Positions 1 through 12,642 are shown, counted from the first letter of the stretch. The stretch is 64,000 bases of DNA from Octopus sinensis (GCF_006345805.1 NC_043004.1:95852001-95916000), one strand, 5' to 3'. Program-made: numbers and translations. Notes: generated from the sequence alone by a model not told the origin.

Positions 1-287
1 ACATAAGTTATATGAGTATGTATGTGCATACATGTGTATGTTTATTGTTTGTGTACATATATGTAAATACACTCCCCCCCACTCTCAACCAAAAAAATAT
101 ACTTACTGGAAATATTAATTTAGTATCACTCCCCACTGTGTATGCTTATATAATTAATGATACACTATTTTTGAATACAAGATAAGATAGTGATTGCTTG
201 AATATTTTTAATTATAGGACTGCTCAATCTGGACTCCCCAATAAATAAACACAACACTATCTATCTATCTATCTATCCATATGTAAA

Positions 288-326
<39 letters not shown>

Positions 327-420
327 TAAAAGGAATGTTTACGAAAATAAACAAAAGACAAAGGCAGGTGGTGTACAAATAAACAGATGTATTAGTATAG
401 TGCTCAGGAATAGAAAAAGT

Positions 421-456
421 CTTTTACGTTTCGAGCCTACGCTCTTCTACAGAAAG
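421..456 (-). ncRNA. Minimal type-I hammerhead-like motif, variant core (A6U)
   Basis: Minus strand CUUU-CUGUAGA-A-GAGC-GUAG-GCUC-GAAA-C-GUA/AAAG: stem I CUUU/AAAG, stem II GAGC/GCUC, palindromic ACGU stem III, GUA triplet. Confidence 0.55.
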
Positions 457-498
457 GTACACAGAAAAAACACGGAGAGAAAAAAATGTGTGTAATAG

Positions 499-538
<40 letters not shown>

Positions 539-629
539 AAAGGAATGTTACGAAAATAAACAAAAGACAAAGGCAGGTGGTGTACAAATAAACAGATGTA
601 TTAGTATAGTGCTCAGGAATAGAAAAAGT

Positions 630-665
630 CTTTTACGTTTCGAGCCTACGCTCTTCTACAGAAAG
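630..665 (-). ncRNA. Second identical hammerhead-like motif
   Basis: Identical to 421-456, 209 bp downstream. Confidence 0.55.
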
Positions 666-707
666 GTACACAGAAAAAACACGGAGAGAAAAAAATGTGT
701 GTAATAG

Positions 708-812
<105 letters not shown>

Positions 813-2366
813 TGTATAAAATAGTGTTTGTTTGTGTGTGTTTGTGTATGTTCCTTATAATTCGAAAACTGAGTTTCCGGTTTTGATGAATGGGGTATCA
901 AATGATTCAGTAATCTTTCGGTTACCAAATAAACTTTATTTTCATTTACATATTTTCTACATTATCTCAACAACCAGCTAAAGTTATTTGAAATACATTG
1001 CTCTATGACGACCAGGTTTCATAAGAAAGTTAATATTGTTTCATGCTTTCAATTTGAACCAAACTCGCAAAGTGTTGCATTACAAGAGTGACAATGTGTG
1101 AATAAAAAAAGTAACGTTTCTCTGAATTAGTCACATCTATGCTATAATAAAGAAAGCTGATTATCATCTATCTATAAAACAAACTATGTTTTTGGCACAA
1201 CTCATTTTTACAACTAAAATAACCTTGGAAACAAGGTCAGGTTGCACAATTTTGAGGTCATTTTCAGGCAATATTTTGAATTGCTTCCAATGTTTCACTT
1301 TCGTTTAATGTTTCATGCATGTGCAGAATTCTACTCAGACAAACATTTATGAAAATGTACACATAAATATTGTATTAAAATAAGCCACAACCAAAAAATT
1401 TCATTAAAAGTCACCCATTTCTCTATGTTATGAGGAAATACAGTTACTCACTCTCCATCTCTCTCTCTCACATGCACATGCACACATACATACAAAAAAT
1501 ATGTATGCATATGTATTTATGTATGTGTATATGAAAAATAAATTTGTGTGTGTGTGAGAGAGAGAGAGAATGAATGAGTGCCACTTACACATACATGCAA
1601 AAATTACATACATGACAACACGTCTTCATTCACTCACACACACTCTCTCTCCCTCTCTCTCTTTCACTCACACACGCTCACATAAACATACACACATGTC
1701 CATTTCATATCCACATAAATACATCTTTCATTTTCATCTCTTTCAATTTCTGCTCTCTTCAAAGCATAAGAAATAAAAAGAATTTTTACAGAAATTAACA
1801 AACAATCATATGATCCCATATGATCAATGATATGACTGAGTTCACAACTTTGCAGCTTCAAACGAAGGAATGCCATAAAATAACTTCCTTTGGCACACAC
1901 ACACACACACACACACATACATTCTCTAGGTAAAATTTCTGTATGAATTATGCTATTTCTTGCTTTGTTTCTGTGTGCATGTGCAAAATTACAGCTCAAA
2001 CTCAATTGAAATGTCCATTTGCCATTCTGTAATTTGTGTTTGTGACAAACGTACTTAAAAACCTGATCTCCGATATAAATTTAAAAGGAAGTTTTCCCAG
2101 AAATCCTTTCCTTTACCTGTTGTTTCTAGCATGTCCAATGTGACATTTGCGCCTCCCCCTACAACTTATTTTTTTTCCTATATGTCTTCTGATTCCTTTG
2201 TTTTTGATACAGGAGATTAAGATTTCGCCCCAAAAATTCATTCACAATATTTCGATTCTCTCCTTCCCCACCCCAATTTCTTCTTTTTACTTTTTTTCCA
2301 AGTGTTTTCTTGATAATCCACAGAAAAAACAGTGCATATGAATCTTTAATAATTTTCCTCTCCCTT

Positions 2367-2698
2367 TTTTCTTAAAGAAACACTAAAATTCCTTTTCAAA
2401 CATCCACCCATGACCTCACCACTTTCAAAATCCTACAAACTCCCAATGTTTAACTTTTAACCTTTCAGAAAATAGAGAAGTTTCTTCAGAAATAATGTCA
2501 TTTACCTGTTGTTTCTAACATGTCAGGTTTTCTGGTGGTGGTCTGGTATATTCTATGTCTGCTATTTCAGCACAATTCTATGCATGCATGAAACATCAAA
2601 CAAAAGTGAAACATTGGGAGGTTTTAACTTTTTGAAAGTGGAGAGGTGATGGGTGGGCAATGTAGGGCATGGGGCACTGGGTGTTTCTTTAGGAAAAA
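2367..2698. repeat. Imperfect inverted repeat (~90-bp arms, ~145-bp spacer)
   Basis: 2367-2457 (ttttcttaaagaaacac...ccactttcaaaa...ctcccaatgtttaacttt) aligns to the reverse complement of 2603-2698. Confidence 0.7.
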
Positions 2699-2708
2699 TG
2701 AAACTTTT

Positions 2709-2865
2709 AGGAGTGGCTGTGTGGTAAGTAGCTTGCTTACCAACCACATGGTTCCAGGTTCAGTCCCACTGCATGGCACCTTGGGCAAGTGTCTTCTACT
2801 ATAGCCTCAGGCCGACCAAAGCCTTGTGAGTGGATTTGGTAGACAGAAACTGAAAGAAAAACATC

Positions 2866-2925
<60 letters not shown>

Positions 2926-3162
2926 GTGTATATATGTTTGTGTGTGTATATGTTTGTGTGTCTGTGTTTGTCCACCCAACATCACTTGACAACCGATGCT
3001 GGTGTGTTTACATCACTGTAACTTCATGGTTCGGCAAAAGAGACTGATAGAATAAGAACTAGGCTTCCAAAGAATAAGTCCTGGGGTCGATTTGCTTGAC
3101 TAAAGGCAGTGCTCCAGCATGACCACAGTCAAATGACTGAAACAAGTAAAAGAGTAAAAGAG
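2709..3162 (+). mobile_element. SINE family A (tRNA head, CORE-like block, internal (TA)n, GAGTAAAA tail)
   Basis: A-box tggctgtgtgg, B-box ggttcagtcc, ccttgggcaagtgtcttc block, tail cagcatgaccacagtcaaatgactgaaacaagtaaaagag. Confidence 0.9.
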
Positions 3163-3440
3163 TATTTCCCAGATTCTTAACCTCTGTATTTTTCTACAAG
3201 GATAAAAAAAAAAAGATTCTTAAAAAAGTTACAAATTAAGAAATTGTAATGGGGTCGGGTTGGAAATTAAAACTTTGGAAAAGTGATTTCTAGGCAAAAT
3301 CGTATTAACCCTGTTTTATATGATGAAACAATACATAGTTCATGACCCTTCTCAAGAACATAAAGCACTTTCATGCAAACCCATGTAAATTGTATCCTCC
3401 TCTACTTCACTTTTAAACAATGTGGCTGTAGGTCATAACA

Positions 3441-3469
3441 CCTGGGCAACGCCGGGATGTATTGCTAGT
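3441..3469 (+). mobile_element. Helitron-like 3' terminus (duplicated at 5075-5103)
   Basis: Hairpin cctgg-gcaacg-ccggg, 8 nt, then CTAG followed by T. 5' end not located. Confidence 0.6.
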
Positions 3470-3529
3470 GTGTGTATATGTGTGTGAGTGTGTGTGTGTG
3501 TGTGTGTATATATATAGATATAAAGTTTA

Positions 3530-4230
3530 TAGCTTTATATATGTTTCAATCATTTTGGTCACATCAGAGGTATTAAGAAAAATCATTTTGTGGATGGGAT
3601 TAATGGAATTGTTCAGAAGAAAGAAAAAGAAATAAAAGGATAAGGTTAGGGGTTCACTGTATAATAGTGATGGAGCAACGTTTTGGGATGTGGTTTAATT
3701 TAAAATTTAAGTTATGGCCATAACGGATTTTATTTGGGAAGCAGACTTACTACTTAAGCTTAGCACTGGGTAGAGTTAATACCAGGAGAGGAAAGAAAAA
3801 AAATCTATTAATTGAACCAAAAAAAAGTGTATAATCACCAAATACCTTGATAGAAAAATGTTGAAAATATTTACAATGACTATTATATAATGGTTAGAGA
3901 TGCAAAGGTAATCAAAATTCTATTAGAAATTGGCAAAGAAAGGAAATTAATGTGTCAAATGAACTAGATTCTATGAAATAAGAGATATGCTAAGGCAGGT
4001 TATAGGAAGTTTAGATTAATAACTCTGAATGAAAAAGTTGAATGGTGGTCTTTTTTTTTATGACTGAAGTAAAGGATTATGATATTAGTAGATTCAGGGG
4101 TTAACAGAATAGGCGGGGATTTCAGATGCTTTATTGGCTGAGGGATTTCAATAGAGGAGTAAATGGAAAGGAAGCGTTGAGGCATTAACAAAGGTAAATA
4201 AATTACTTTGGAAATCTGAGACAAAATGTT
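3530..4230 (-). pseudogene. Possible highly decayed Penelope-like RT fragment (duplicated at ~5165-5865)
   Basis: Only faint frame-shifted resemblance (LSIYSSIEIP vs SLYTNIP; PALAYL vs PxLANL). Confidence 0.25.
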
Positions 4231-4503
4231 TAGTGAACAGAGAAAGCATCACAGAGCCACAATCTCCAGTGCACTAAAGTAACACCTACAGTGACACATG
4301 CACACCTACACTGACAAACACACTCATATTCACATGCATACATGCACACACATGCACACACACACATGGACAAACACACACATGCACACATATTTACACA
4401 TGCACACATATTTACACGTGCACATATATTTACACATGCACACATATTTACACATGCATAAATTGATATATATATATGTATATATATATATATACAATAT
4501 TTT

Positions 4504-4546
<43 letters not shown>

Positions 4547-4548
4547 TA

Positions 4549-4796
4549 TGTATGTATGTGTGTGTATATGTTTGTGTGTGTATATGTTTGTGTGTCTGTG
4601 TTTGTCCACCCAACATCACTTGACAACCGATGCTGGTGTGTTTACATCACTGTAACTTCATGGTTCGGCAAAAGAGACTGATAGAATAAGAACTAGGCTT
4701 CCAAAGAATAAGTCCTGGGGTCGATTTGCTTGACTAAAGGCAGTGCTCCAGCATGACCACAGTCAAATGACTGAAACAAGTAAAAGAGTAAAAGAG
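4549..4796 (+). mobile_element. SINE A, headless 3' half created by the duplication
   Basis: Near-identical to 2915-3162. Confidence 0.9.
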
Positions 4797-6111
4797 TATT
4801 TCCCAGATTCTTAACCTCTGTATTTTTCTACAAGGATAAAAAAAAAAAGATTCTTAAAAAAGTTACAAATTAAGAAATTGTAATGGGGTCGGGTTGGAAA
4901 TTAAAACTTTGGAAAAGTGATTTCTAGGCAAAATCGTATTAACCCTGTTTTATATGATGAAACAATACATAGTACATGACCCTTCTCAAGAACATAAAGC
5001 ACTTTCATGCAAACCCATGTAAATTGTATCCTCCTCTACTTCACTTTTAAACAATGTGGCTGTAGGTCATAACACCTGGGCAACGCCGGGATATATTGCT
5101 AGTGTGTGTATATGTGTGTGAGTGTGTGTGTGTGTGTGTGTATATATATAGATATAAAGTTTATAGCTTTATATATGTTTCAATCATTTTGGTCACATCA
5201 GAGGTATTAAGAAAAATCATTTTGTGGATGGGATTAATGGAATTGTTCAGAAGAAAGAAAAAGAAATAAAAGGATAAAGTTAAGGGTTCACTGTATAATA
5301 GTGATGGAGCAACGTTTTGGGATGTGGTTTAATTTAAAATTTAAGTTATGGCCATAACGGATTTTATTTGGGAAGCAGACTTACTACTTAAGCTTAGCAC
5401 TGGGTAGAGTTAATACCAGGAGAGGAAAGAAAAAAAATCTATTAATTGAACCCAAAAAAGTGTATAATCACCAAATACCTTGATAGAAAAATGTTGAAAA
5501 TATTTACAATGACTATTATATAATGGTTAGAGATGCAAAGGTAATCAAAATTCTATTAGAAATTGGCAAAGAAAGGAAATTAATGTGTCAAATGAACTAG
5601 ATTCTATGAAATAAGAGATATGCTAAGGCAGGTTATAGGAAGTTTAGATTAATAACTCTGAATGAAAAAGTTGAATGGTGGTCTTTTTTTTTATGACTGA
5701 AGTAAAGGATTATGATATTAGTAGATTCAGGGGTTAACAGAATAGGCGGGGATTTCAGATGCTTTATTGGCTGAGGGATTTCAATAGAGGAGTAAATGGA
5801 AAGGAAGCGTTGAGGCATTAACAAAGGTAAATAAATTACTTTGGAAATCTGAGACAAAATGTTTAGTGAACAGAGAAAGCATCACAGAGACGCAATCTCC
5901 AGTGCACTAAAGTAACACCTACAATGACACATGCACACCTACACTGACAAACACACTCATATTCACATGCACACATGCACACACATACATGGACAAACAC
6001 ACACATGGACAAACACACACATGCACACATATTTACACGTGCACACATATTTACACATGCATAAATTGATATATATATATGTATATATATATATATGTAC
6101 AATATTTTTAC

Positions 6112-6143
<32 letters not shown>

Positions 6144-6417
6144 GTGTATTTATACATATTTATATATACACTATATATACATATAAGCATACACAGGAAT
6201 ATCACATACATACACACACACACACACAGATATACATGCATACACATTCATACACACATATATATACACTCATACACATATATACACATATGTACAAGCA
6301 GCCATATATATGGACAAGAACTCTCACAGTCACACATGAAATTAATCCTGACCTATTCGTTTTCAGGCAGGGTATAAGAATAAGATACTATTTAATGTGT
6401 GTCTCTCTCTCTTTTCT

Positions 6418-6497
6418 GAGGTCTTTATAATCGGATAGTTTTTTTGAGATCTTCTTTGAGAGATACCAGCTCATCATCCGCCACAATTGAAATAGCT
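6418..6497 (-). pseudogene. Small R4/Dong-like RLE endonuclease remnant
   Basis: Across one frameshift reads SIVADDELVSLKE..KKLSDYKDL, like the SxPxDxxVxxKExEKLSKYKDL motif. Confidence 0.45.
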
Positions 6498-6667
6498 ATA
6501 AAAAGGATTTTTTTTTGTCTTTTTTAATAGCATCAAATTTATAGATCCTTTACACACATGTACACACACACAAACTCATATCCTTCTTGCTTAGCGTTAA
6601 TATAAATAAACATTACTTGGCAAAAGTGTCAGAATATGGGACAAATACCTTGTGATATTTATTATCA

Positions 6668-6787
6668 CTTTGGTCATCAAGTGGCTCTATAAAAAGACAC
6701 TTGCCCAAGGTGCCATGCTGTGGGACTGAACTCTGAACCTTGTGGTTGCAAAGCAAGCTTCTTACCACACAGTCATACCTGCACCTA
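6668..6787 (-). mobile_element. SINE A head fragment
   Basis: gacacttgcccaaggtgcc...gggactgaac...cttaccacacag. Confidence 0.8.
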
Positions 6788-6804
6788 TTTATATTTTTCA
6801 GTGT

Positions 6805-8591
6805 ATGTACACCACTTCCTTATGCTTGTGTGTGTATTTGGTGTTCGTTAGTTCCAAATCCTCACAATCTCAAATGTTAAGGGGTTTTAATTTTTCAACC
6901 TTTCTTCTGCTTCCTTCCTAGTCCTGGTACCAAATGAATATGATGGGTCAGCCACTAAGCAAATTCGAATATTCCTTGTCTGTTATTGTAAAATATGGCT
7001 TGTTGTGCTCTATCTTCTTATATGTTTAAATTGAAAAAATCCTATAAAATCATGCATGGGTCTGATTCAAGTACTCTTTCTACCTGATGATTGTACCATA
7101 TACTTTCTGCTTCAAACTCCCATTTCGGACAAAGCTTCCAGTGTAAAACTTTCACTATTTGATCATGTTTCCATTTCTCATATTTTTCTTGGGTCAACTT
7201 GGTGCATTCTGCAACAATGAGTGCCATTGGTTCATCTGAAATTCCACATACTCTACATTTTCTCAACACTTTCTCCTCATACACATAATCCCTCAAGTTG
7301 CTCACAGTGTTTGATCTTGGGCTGCTATAACAAGGCTCTCTATTACTTTTTTTCAATTGCCACTTTTTCAACCAAGCCCCAAATTTTATTCCACACACAT
7401 CCTCAATGGTTTTTTTATACTTGACCAAGCAAAGATTTCTCATCAATCTGTTTAACATGTACTCTTTGAATTTCATTCTTGTCCTTTCCTACTTTTCAAG
7501 ACTTGTTCACTGGTCTTTATTCCCTGCCTTTAGTAACTTTTCTGTGTTGTTCAGTAAATGATCTACTAAGCTGTTTCATTCCATCTGCACATACTCTTCC
7601 ACCTTGGTCTTTCTTTAAGTACAAACCAGTTACAATCAACTTTTGGATGGTGGGCTCCAGACATATTCAAATGCTTTCTGGTTTTTCAATCAAGTTTAGG
7701 CATTTCAGTGGTGGCACGTGGCTTAGTGGTTAGGGTGTCAGCATCATAATCGTAAGATTGTGGTTTCAATTCCTGGACTGGGCGACGCATTGTGTTCTTG
7801 AGCAAAACACTTCATTTCACGTTGCTCCAGTCCACTCAGCTGGCAAAAATGAGTAATGCCGTGATGGACAGTCGTCCCATCCAGCTGGGGAATACATACA
7901 CCATAGAAACTGGGAAACCGGGCCCATGAGCCTTGCTAGGCTTTAAAAGGGTGCATTTATTTATTTTGTTGAGGTGCATGGCTTAGCGGTTAGGGTGTCA
8001 GCATCATGATTGTATGATTGTGGTTTCGATTCCTGGACCGGGTGACACAGTGTTCTTGAGCAAAACACTTCATTTCAAGTTGCTCCAGTTCACTCAGCTG
8101 GCAAAAATTAGTAACACTGCGATGGGATGACGTCCCATCCAGCTGAGGAACACATATACCATAGAAACCAGGATACTGGGCCCATGAGCCTGGCTAAGCT
8201 TTAAAAAGGCGCATTTAATTATTTATTTATGCATTTCAATTTTTGTCCAATCCCCAATTCCAGCACCATATCTGATTGCCAGCACTGCTTTTGAATTAAT
8301 CTCATCAATTTCACTTCTTGAATTTTGCCTTGACTCTAATATTTTCCTCACTTTCCTTGTATACTCCTTACTTGTAATTTACTTCATCTCATCATGTTTT
8401 ATTTCATCTCCATCCATTATTCTCAAACACTTATATCACTGCCCTTTTTTCATCTGATTTCATTGTTTGCCCATCTGGCATTCCAACTCACTGGTTTCCT
8501 GCAAATCATTCTTGTTTCATTATCAAAAGAGCATACTTTTCAATCCCAAATTCCACTCTTACATCATTTGAGAAAATGCAAACAGTATGTA

Positions 8592-8592
<1 letters not shown>
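6805..8592 (-). mobile_element. 5'-truncated, decayed R4/Dong-clade non-LTR retrotransposon (RT C-terminus, CCHC-type knuckle, RLE)
   Basis: Minus-strand translation: FSNDVRVEFGIEK..KEYTRKVRKILES..IRYGAGIGDWTK..KTRKHLNMSGAHHPK..CRVCG..IVAECTKL..KHDQIVKVLHWKLC..WYNHQVERVLE..IL*DF..IEHNKP. Interrupted by a SINE dimer. Confidence 0.9.
7708..8230 (+). mobile_element. Tandem dimer of SINE family D inserted in the R4/Dong RT
   Basis: Two units (7708-7965, 7966-8230), each tggcttagtggttagg...ggttt(c/g)attcc...gttcttgagcaaaacac. TSD gcatttca at 7700-7707 and 8231-8238. Confidence 0.9.
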
Positions 8593-9093
<501 letters not shown>

Positions 9094-9537
9094 TTCATTG
9101 TTGAACGTCAGCTTGAATCAACGTATTTTTCCCTGCTGTTGCTGTTAGCTTTTAGTTCAGTTCATCTACAAAAGGATTTTCAAAAATTAGAAATTTTGTA
9201 TTTAACTTTGTGTCACATGAACTGATTTTCAAGGCAAATCGTGTTTTTTTTTCCTGTATTTAAATGATGCAAAACCCCCAAGCAAAAAGAAAAAAAAAGA
9301 AAAGACAAAATAGAAAAGAATTAATTTCATTGATTGTTTTGAACTTTACTTTGATTTGACATGATTCATAATCATAAATGTGTCAAGTCAACCGAGTTTC
9401 ACCCACCAATTGTTTTCATAGATATAAAGCAAAGCCAGCTTTTATCAATACTTATATAACTTACAGGAGGAAAATTGTCTTCACAAAGTTATTATTTTAA
9501 TTTGAGTGGTTACAACAACAAAGCAAGTAGAAAAATT

Positions 9538-10020
9538 AGACTCAAGAGATTAAAACTCAATTCCTTGGAGTGTAGGCGAGAAAGATATGCCATGATATAC
9601 ATTTGGAAGATCCTGGAAGGACTTGTCCCAAATTTTGGCATCGAGAGTTACACAAATGCCAGAACTGGGCGCCACTGTGTGGTGCCAAGGACTCCAAATT
9701 TGCCATCAAGATGTAGGACAAGATACTGTGATAGCCTGGGCTTCAGAGGCCCACAGCTCTTCAATATCCTCCCGAAGAACCTGAGGGACCTGCATGGGGT
9801 GGATGCAGATGTCTTTAAAGTAGGACTGGATCTCTTCCCGTCAGGTGTCCCGGATGAAACAACTTCACGGCAGAAGGTGCAGATGAGGGCAGCTGCATCG
9901 AACTCTCTCATGCACCAAATGGCAGTTGCTAAAAAGCATTCGTGAAGTAAAATCATGTTGCAACACCAAATGGCAGTGCCCCAGCATGGCCACAGCTCGT
10001 GAGCTGAAACTAGATAAAAA
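9538..10020 (+). mobile_element. 5'-truncated CR1-clade LINE 3' end (ORF2 C-terminus, 3' UTR, A tail)
   Basis: RLKRLKLNSLECRRERYAMIYIWKILEGL...GPQLFNILPKNLRDL..FKVGLD; stop at 9945; second copy at 63125-63396. Confidence 0.88.
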
Positions 10021-10232
10021 AAAAAAATTAAAAAAAAATAAGATCGTAGATATTTTCACAGATGATGATGCTGAACTAAAAATGAACAAATGAGGTAAGG
10101 TTTGACCGAATTAACTAAACTCAGTGTTAGAACATCGAATTTTTAATTTAGGCATTGTACACTCCTAGCAGAAACTTGGAACTATTATATAATAAAAAGG
10201 CCTCCCTCTCATGGTTCTTTTTTAAATATATA

Positions 10233-10638
10233 GGCATAGGAGTGGCTGTGTGGTAAGTAGCTTGCTTACGAACCATATGGCTCTGGGTTCAGTCCCACTG
10301 TGTGGCATCTTGGGCAAATGTCTACTACTATAGCCTCAGGCTGACCAAAGCCTTGTGAGTGGATTTGGTAGATGAAAAGTCCGTTGCATATATGTATATA
10401 TATATATGTATGTATGTGTGTGTACATGTTCGTGTGTCTGTGTTTGTTCCTCCAAAATCGCTTGACAACCAATGGTGGTGTGTTTACGTCCCTGTAACTT
10501 AGCGGCTCAGCAAAAGAGACTGATAGAATAAGTACTAGGATTACAAAGAATAAGTCCTGAGGTCGATTTGCTCGACTAAAGGCGGTGCTACAGCATGGCC
10601 ACAGTCAAATGACTGAAACAAGTAAAAGGGTAAAAGAG
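10233..10638 (+). mobile_element. SINE A, full length
   Basis: Head, CORE-like block, internal microsatellite and tail all present. Confidence 0.9.
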
Positions 10639-10663
10639 AAAGAATAATATTTTCAGGAAAAAA

Positions 10664-10870
10664 GGTGGTCAGTTGGTAGAATTGTTAGCACGCTAGGCAA
10701 AATTGCATAGTGGCATCTTTATGCTCTGAGTTCAAATTCTGCTGAGGTTAATTTTATCTTTCATCCTTTTGGGTTGATAAAATAAGTATCTGTTGATCAT
10801 TGGAGACAATGTAATCAACTTGCCGTTCCCTCATAATTGCTGGCCTTGTGCCAAAATGTGATACCAATAT
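10664..10870 (+). mobile_element. SINE family B, diverged
   Basis: ctgagttcaaattc B-box, ctttcatccttttgggttgataa block, ggccttgtgccaaaat tail. Confidence 0.75.
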
Positions 10871-10874
10871 ATTT

Positions 10875-11100
10875 TCAGAAAGAAGCCAAGATAAAACTGA
10901 CTTACTGTCGTAGTATGGAGGGAGGATGAGAAGGTTTTCTTTGTAGCTTTGAAGGACCAATTACAGGAATCTCAAGCAAATGCCTGGACTAGCATCTTGT
11001 ACATAGAGAGTGGCATAATCTATGGTGCCATCTACCTAACCTTCAAGACCAAGGGAAATGTGTTACAACATGTAGGGTTTTTTTGCAGCAAACACCTGCT
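10875..11100 (+). pseudogene. Possible decayed RTE-like ORF fragment
   Basis: IYLTFKTKGNVLQHV resembles the RTE LxxxTKxxVYxxxV motif; weak. Confidence 0.3.
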
Positions 11101-11116
11101 CATATTCTTGTGCTTT

Positions 11117-11212
11117 AAGAAGACACTTGCCCAAGGTGCCACGCAGTGGGACTGAACCTGGAACCATGTGGTTGTTAAGCAAGCAATTTACCACACAGCC
11201 ACTCCTGTGCCT
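11117..11212 (-). mobile_element. SINE A head fragment
   Basis: Reverse complement of aggcacaggagtggctgtgtggtaa...ccttgggcaagtgtcttc. Confidence 0.85.
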
Positions 11213-11389
11213 ATGACTATTCTTTCTTCCTGAATTTCCAGCCCTGTGCCTCTGTTAGAAATTATTATTATCAATATTACTGCTAATCAGAAGTTTATTC
11301 CAAGAGTAGAGTAAACTTGTAATTTAAATACAAGTATGACAGAAATATAATCAATCTTATCCACCTCATCTTTCCTCGCTTCCTTCTCT

Positions 11390-11700
11390 TCATTGTCATC
11401 ATCATCATCATCATAATCATCAGCAACCCCCTCCCCCCGTCCACCACTACCACCACTCTCTTCACTGTTGTTGTTGCCATCGCCACCGCCACCATCACCA
11501 CTGCCACCACCACCACTATTAATGTCCTCATTATAACATCATTACCTTTGTTATAGTCAATACTATCACCATCACCACCACCACCACTACCATCACCACT
11601 ACCATCATCTTCATCATCATCATCATCATCATCATCATTACCATTGCCGTCATTACCATCGTCAACATCAAGGTTCGTCTCCATTAATGTCTCCTTCATC
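11390..11700. repeat. Degenerate (CAT)/(CAC) triplet array
   Basis: Direct reading; source of ORF 11295-11744. Confidence 0.9.
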
Positions 11701-12318
11701 GTTATCCATAGTAATTCTGTGACTGTTTCCCCATTTGGTAACATTAAATCCCACTAAAACCCCACTAAACCACTGTAGCAGTACTTAATAACATGATTAC
11801 CGACCAGCTAGATCGGACAAGATTTAATTAGCAGCTGTAATTATTATATGCAATGAGGGAAGAGATAGCATTCAGAATGGATAGCGCTTTCATTTATTGT
11901 CTTTCATAAACAACATTTCGTTTCTTATCATCATTTGTGCACTGACTAAACAATAGTGTCCATATAGAATAAATATTTTTGAGAAACTGTCTCCTAGGCA
12001 TTATGGATTGGGGTAATGAAGATCAAGGCATTGAGGATGAGGGCATCGCAGTCAATGGCTTCAAGGATAAATAATTATGGTTCTTGAATATATGAAATCT
12101 GTGTGCTTAAGATAGCATGGGTTTATTTAGCCAAGGTACAGACAATTGTTTTGAGGGCAATGTGTGTGTGTGAAGTATTTTCAACAGTTCGAGAAAGAAA
12201 GCAGTAAACTTGGGCTTTTATTTGCTTACAACTCGACCGGCTCTTGCAACCAATTTACACACTTTAATTTATACTTATTCAGTAAGATACAAATATACAC
12301 TATTGATATCCAGCACAA

Positions 12319-12540
12319 CTCTTTTACTCTTTTCCTTGTTTCAGTCATTTGAATGTGTCCATGCTGGAGCACTGCCTTTAGTCGAGCAAATCGACCCCAG
12401 GACTTATTCTTTGGAAGCTTAGTACTTATTCTACCGGTCTCTTTTCCTGAACCGCTAAGCTACGGGGACGTAAACACACCAGCATCAGTTGTCAAGTATT
12501 GTTGGATGGGACAAACACAGACACACAAACATATACACAA

Positions 12541-12588
<48 letters not shown>

Positions 12589-12603
12589 TATATATATATA
12601 TAA

Positions 12604-12642
<39 letters not shown>

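Larger units (their letters stand above)
2915..6138 (+). repeat. ~1.63-kb tandem direct duplication (2915-4548 / 4549-6138)
   Basis: Near-identical copies offset 1633-1634 bp (identical ORFs 4000-4224 and 5633-5857); junction in (TA)n. Confidence 0.95.

Noticed and set aside
927-940. aaataaactttatt, a bidirectional poly(A)-signal-like site
   Set aside because: AATAAA is frequent in this AT-rich sequence and no gene can be tied to it.
2737-3047. Recurrent ORFs such as [11 protein letters not shown]..., [11 protein letters not shown]..., MPKVPCSGTEP...
   Set aside because: Chance frames within SINE A copies, broken differently in each copy.
4000-4224. Identical 74-aa ORF present twice (also 5633-5857)
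   Set aside because: Identity comes from the tandem duplication, not coding conservation.
10062-10094. ttttcacag|33 nt|gtaagg candidate exon
   Set aside because: Good splice signals but a stop in all three frames; could only be a UTR or stop-containing exon, with no further support.
11820-11850. TAATTA-CAGCTG-TAATTA enhancer-like cluster
   Set aside because: Short AT-rich motifs expected by chance; needs conservation or chromatin data.
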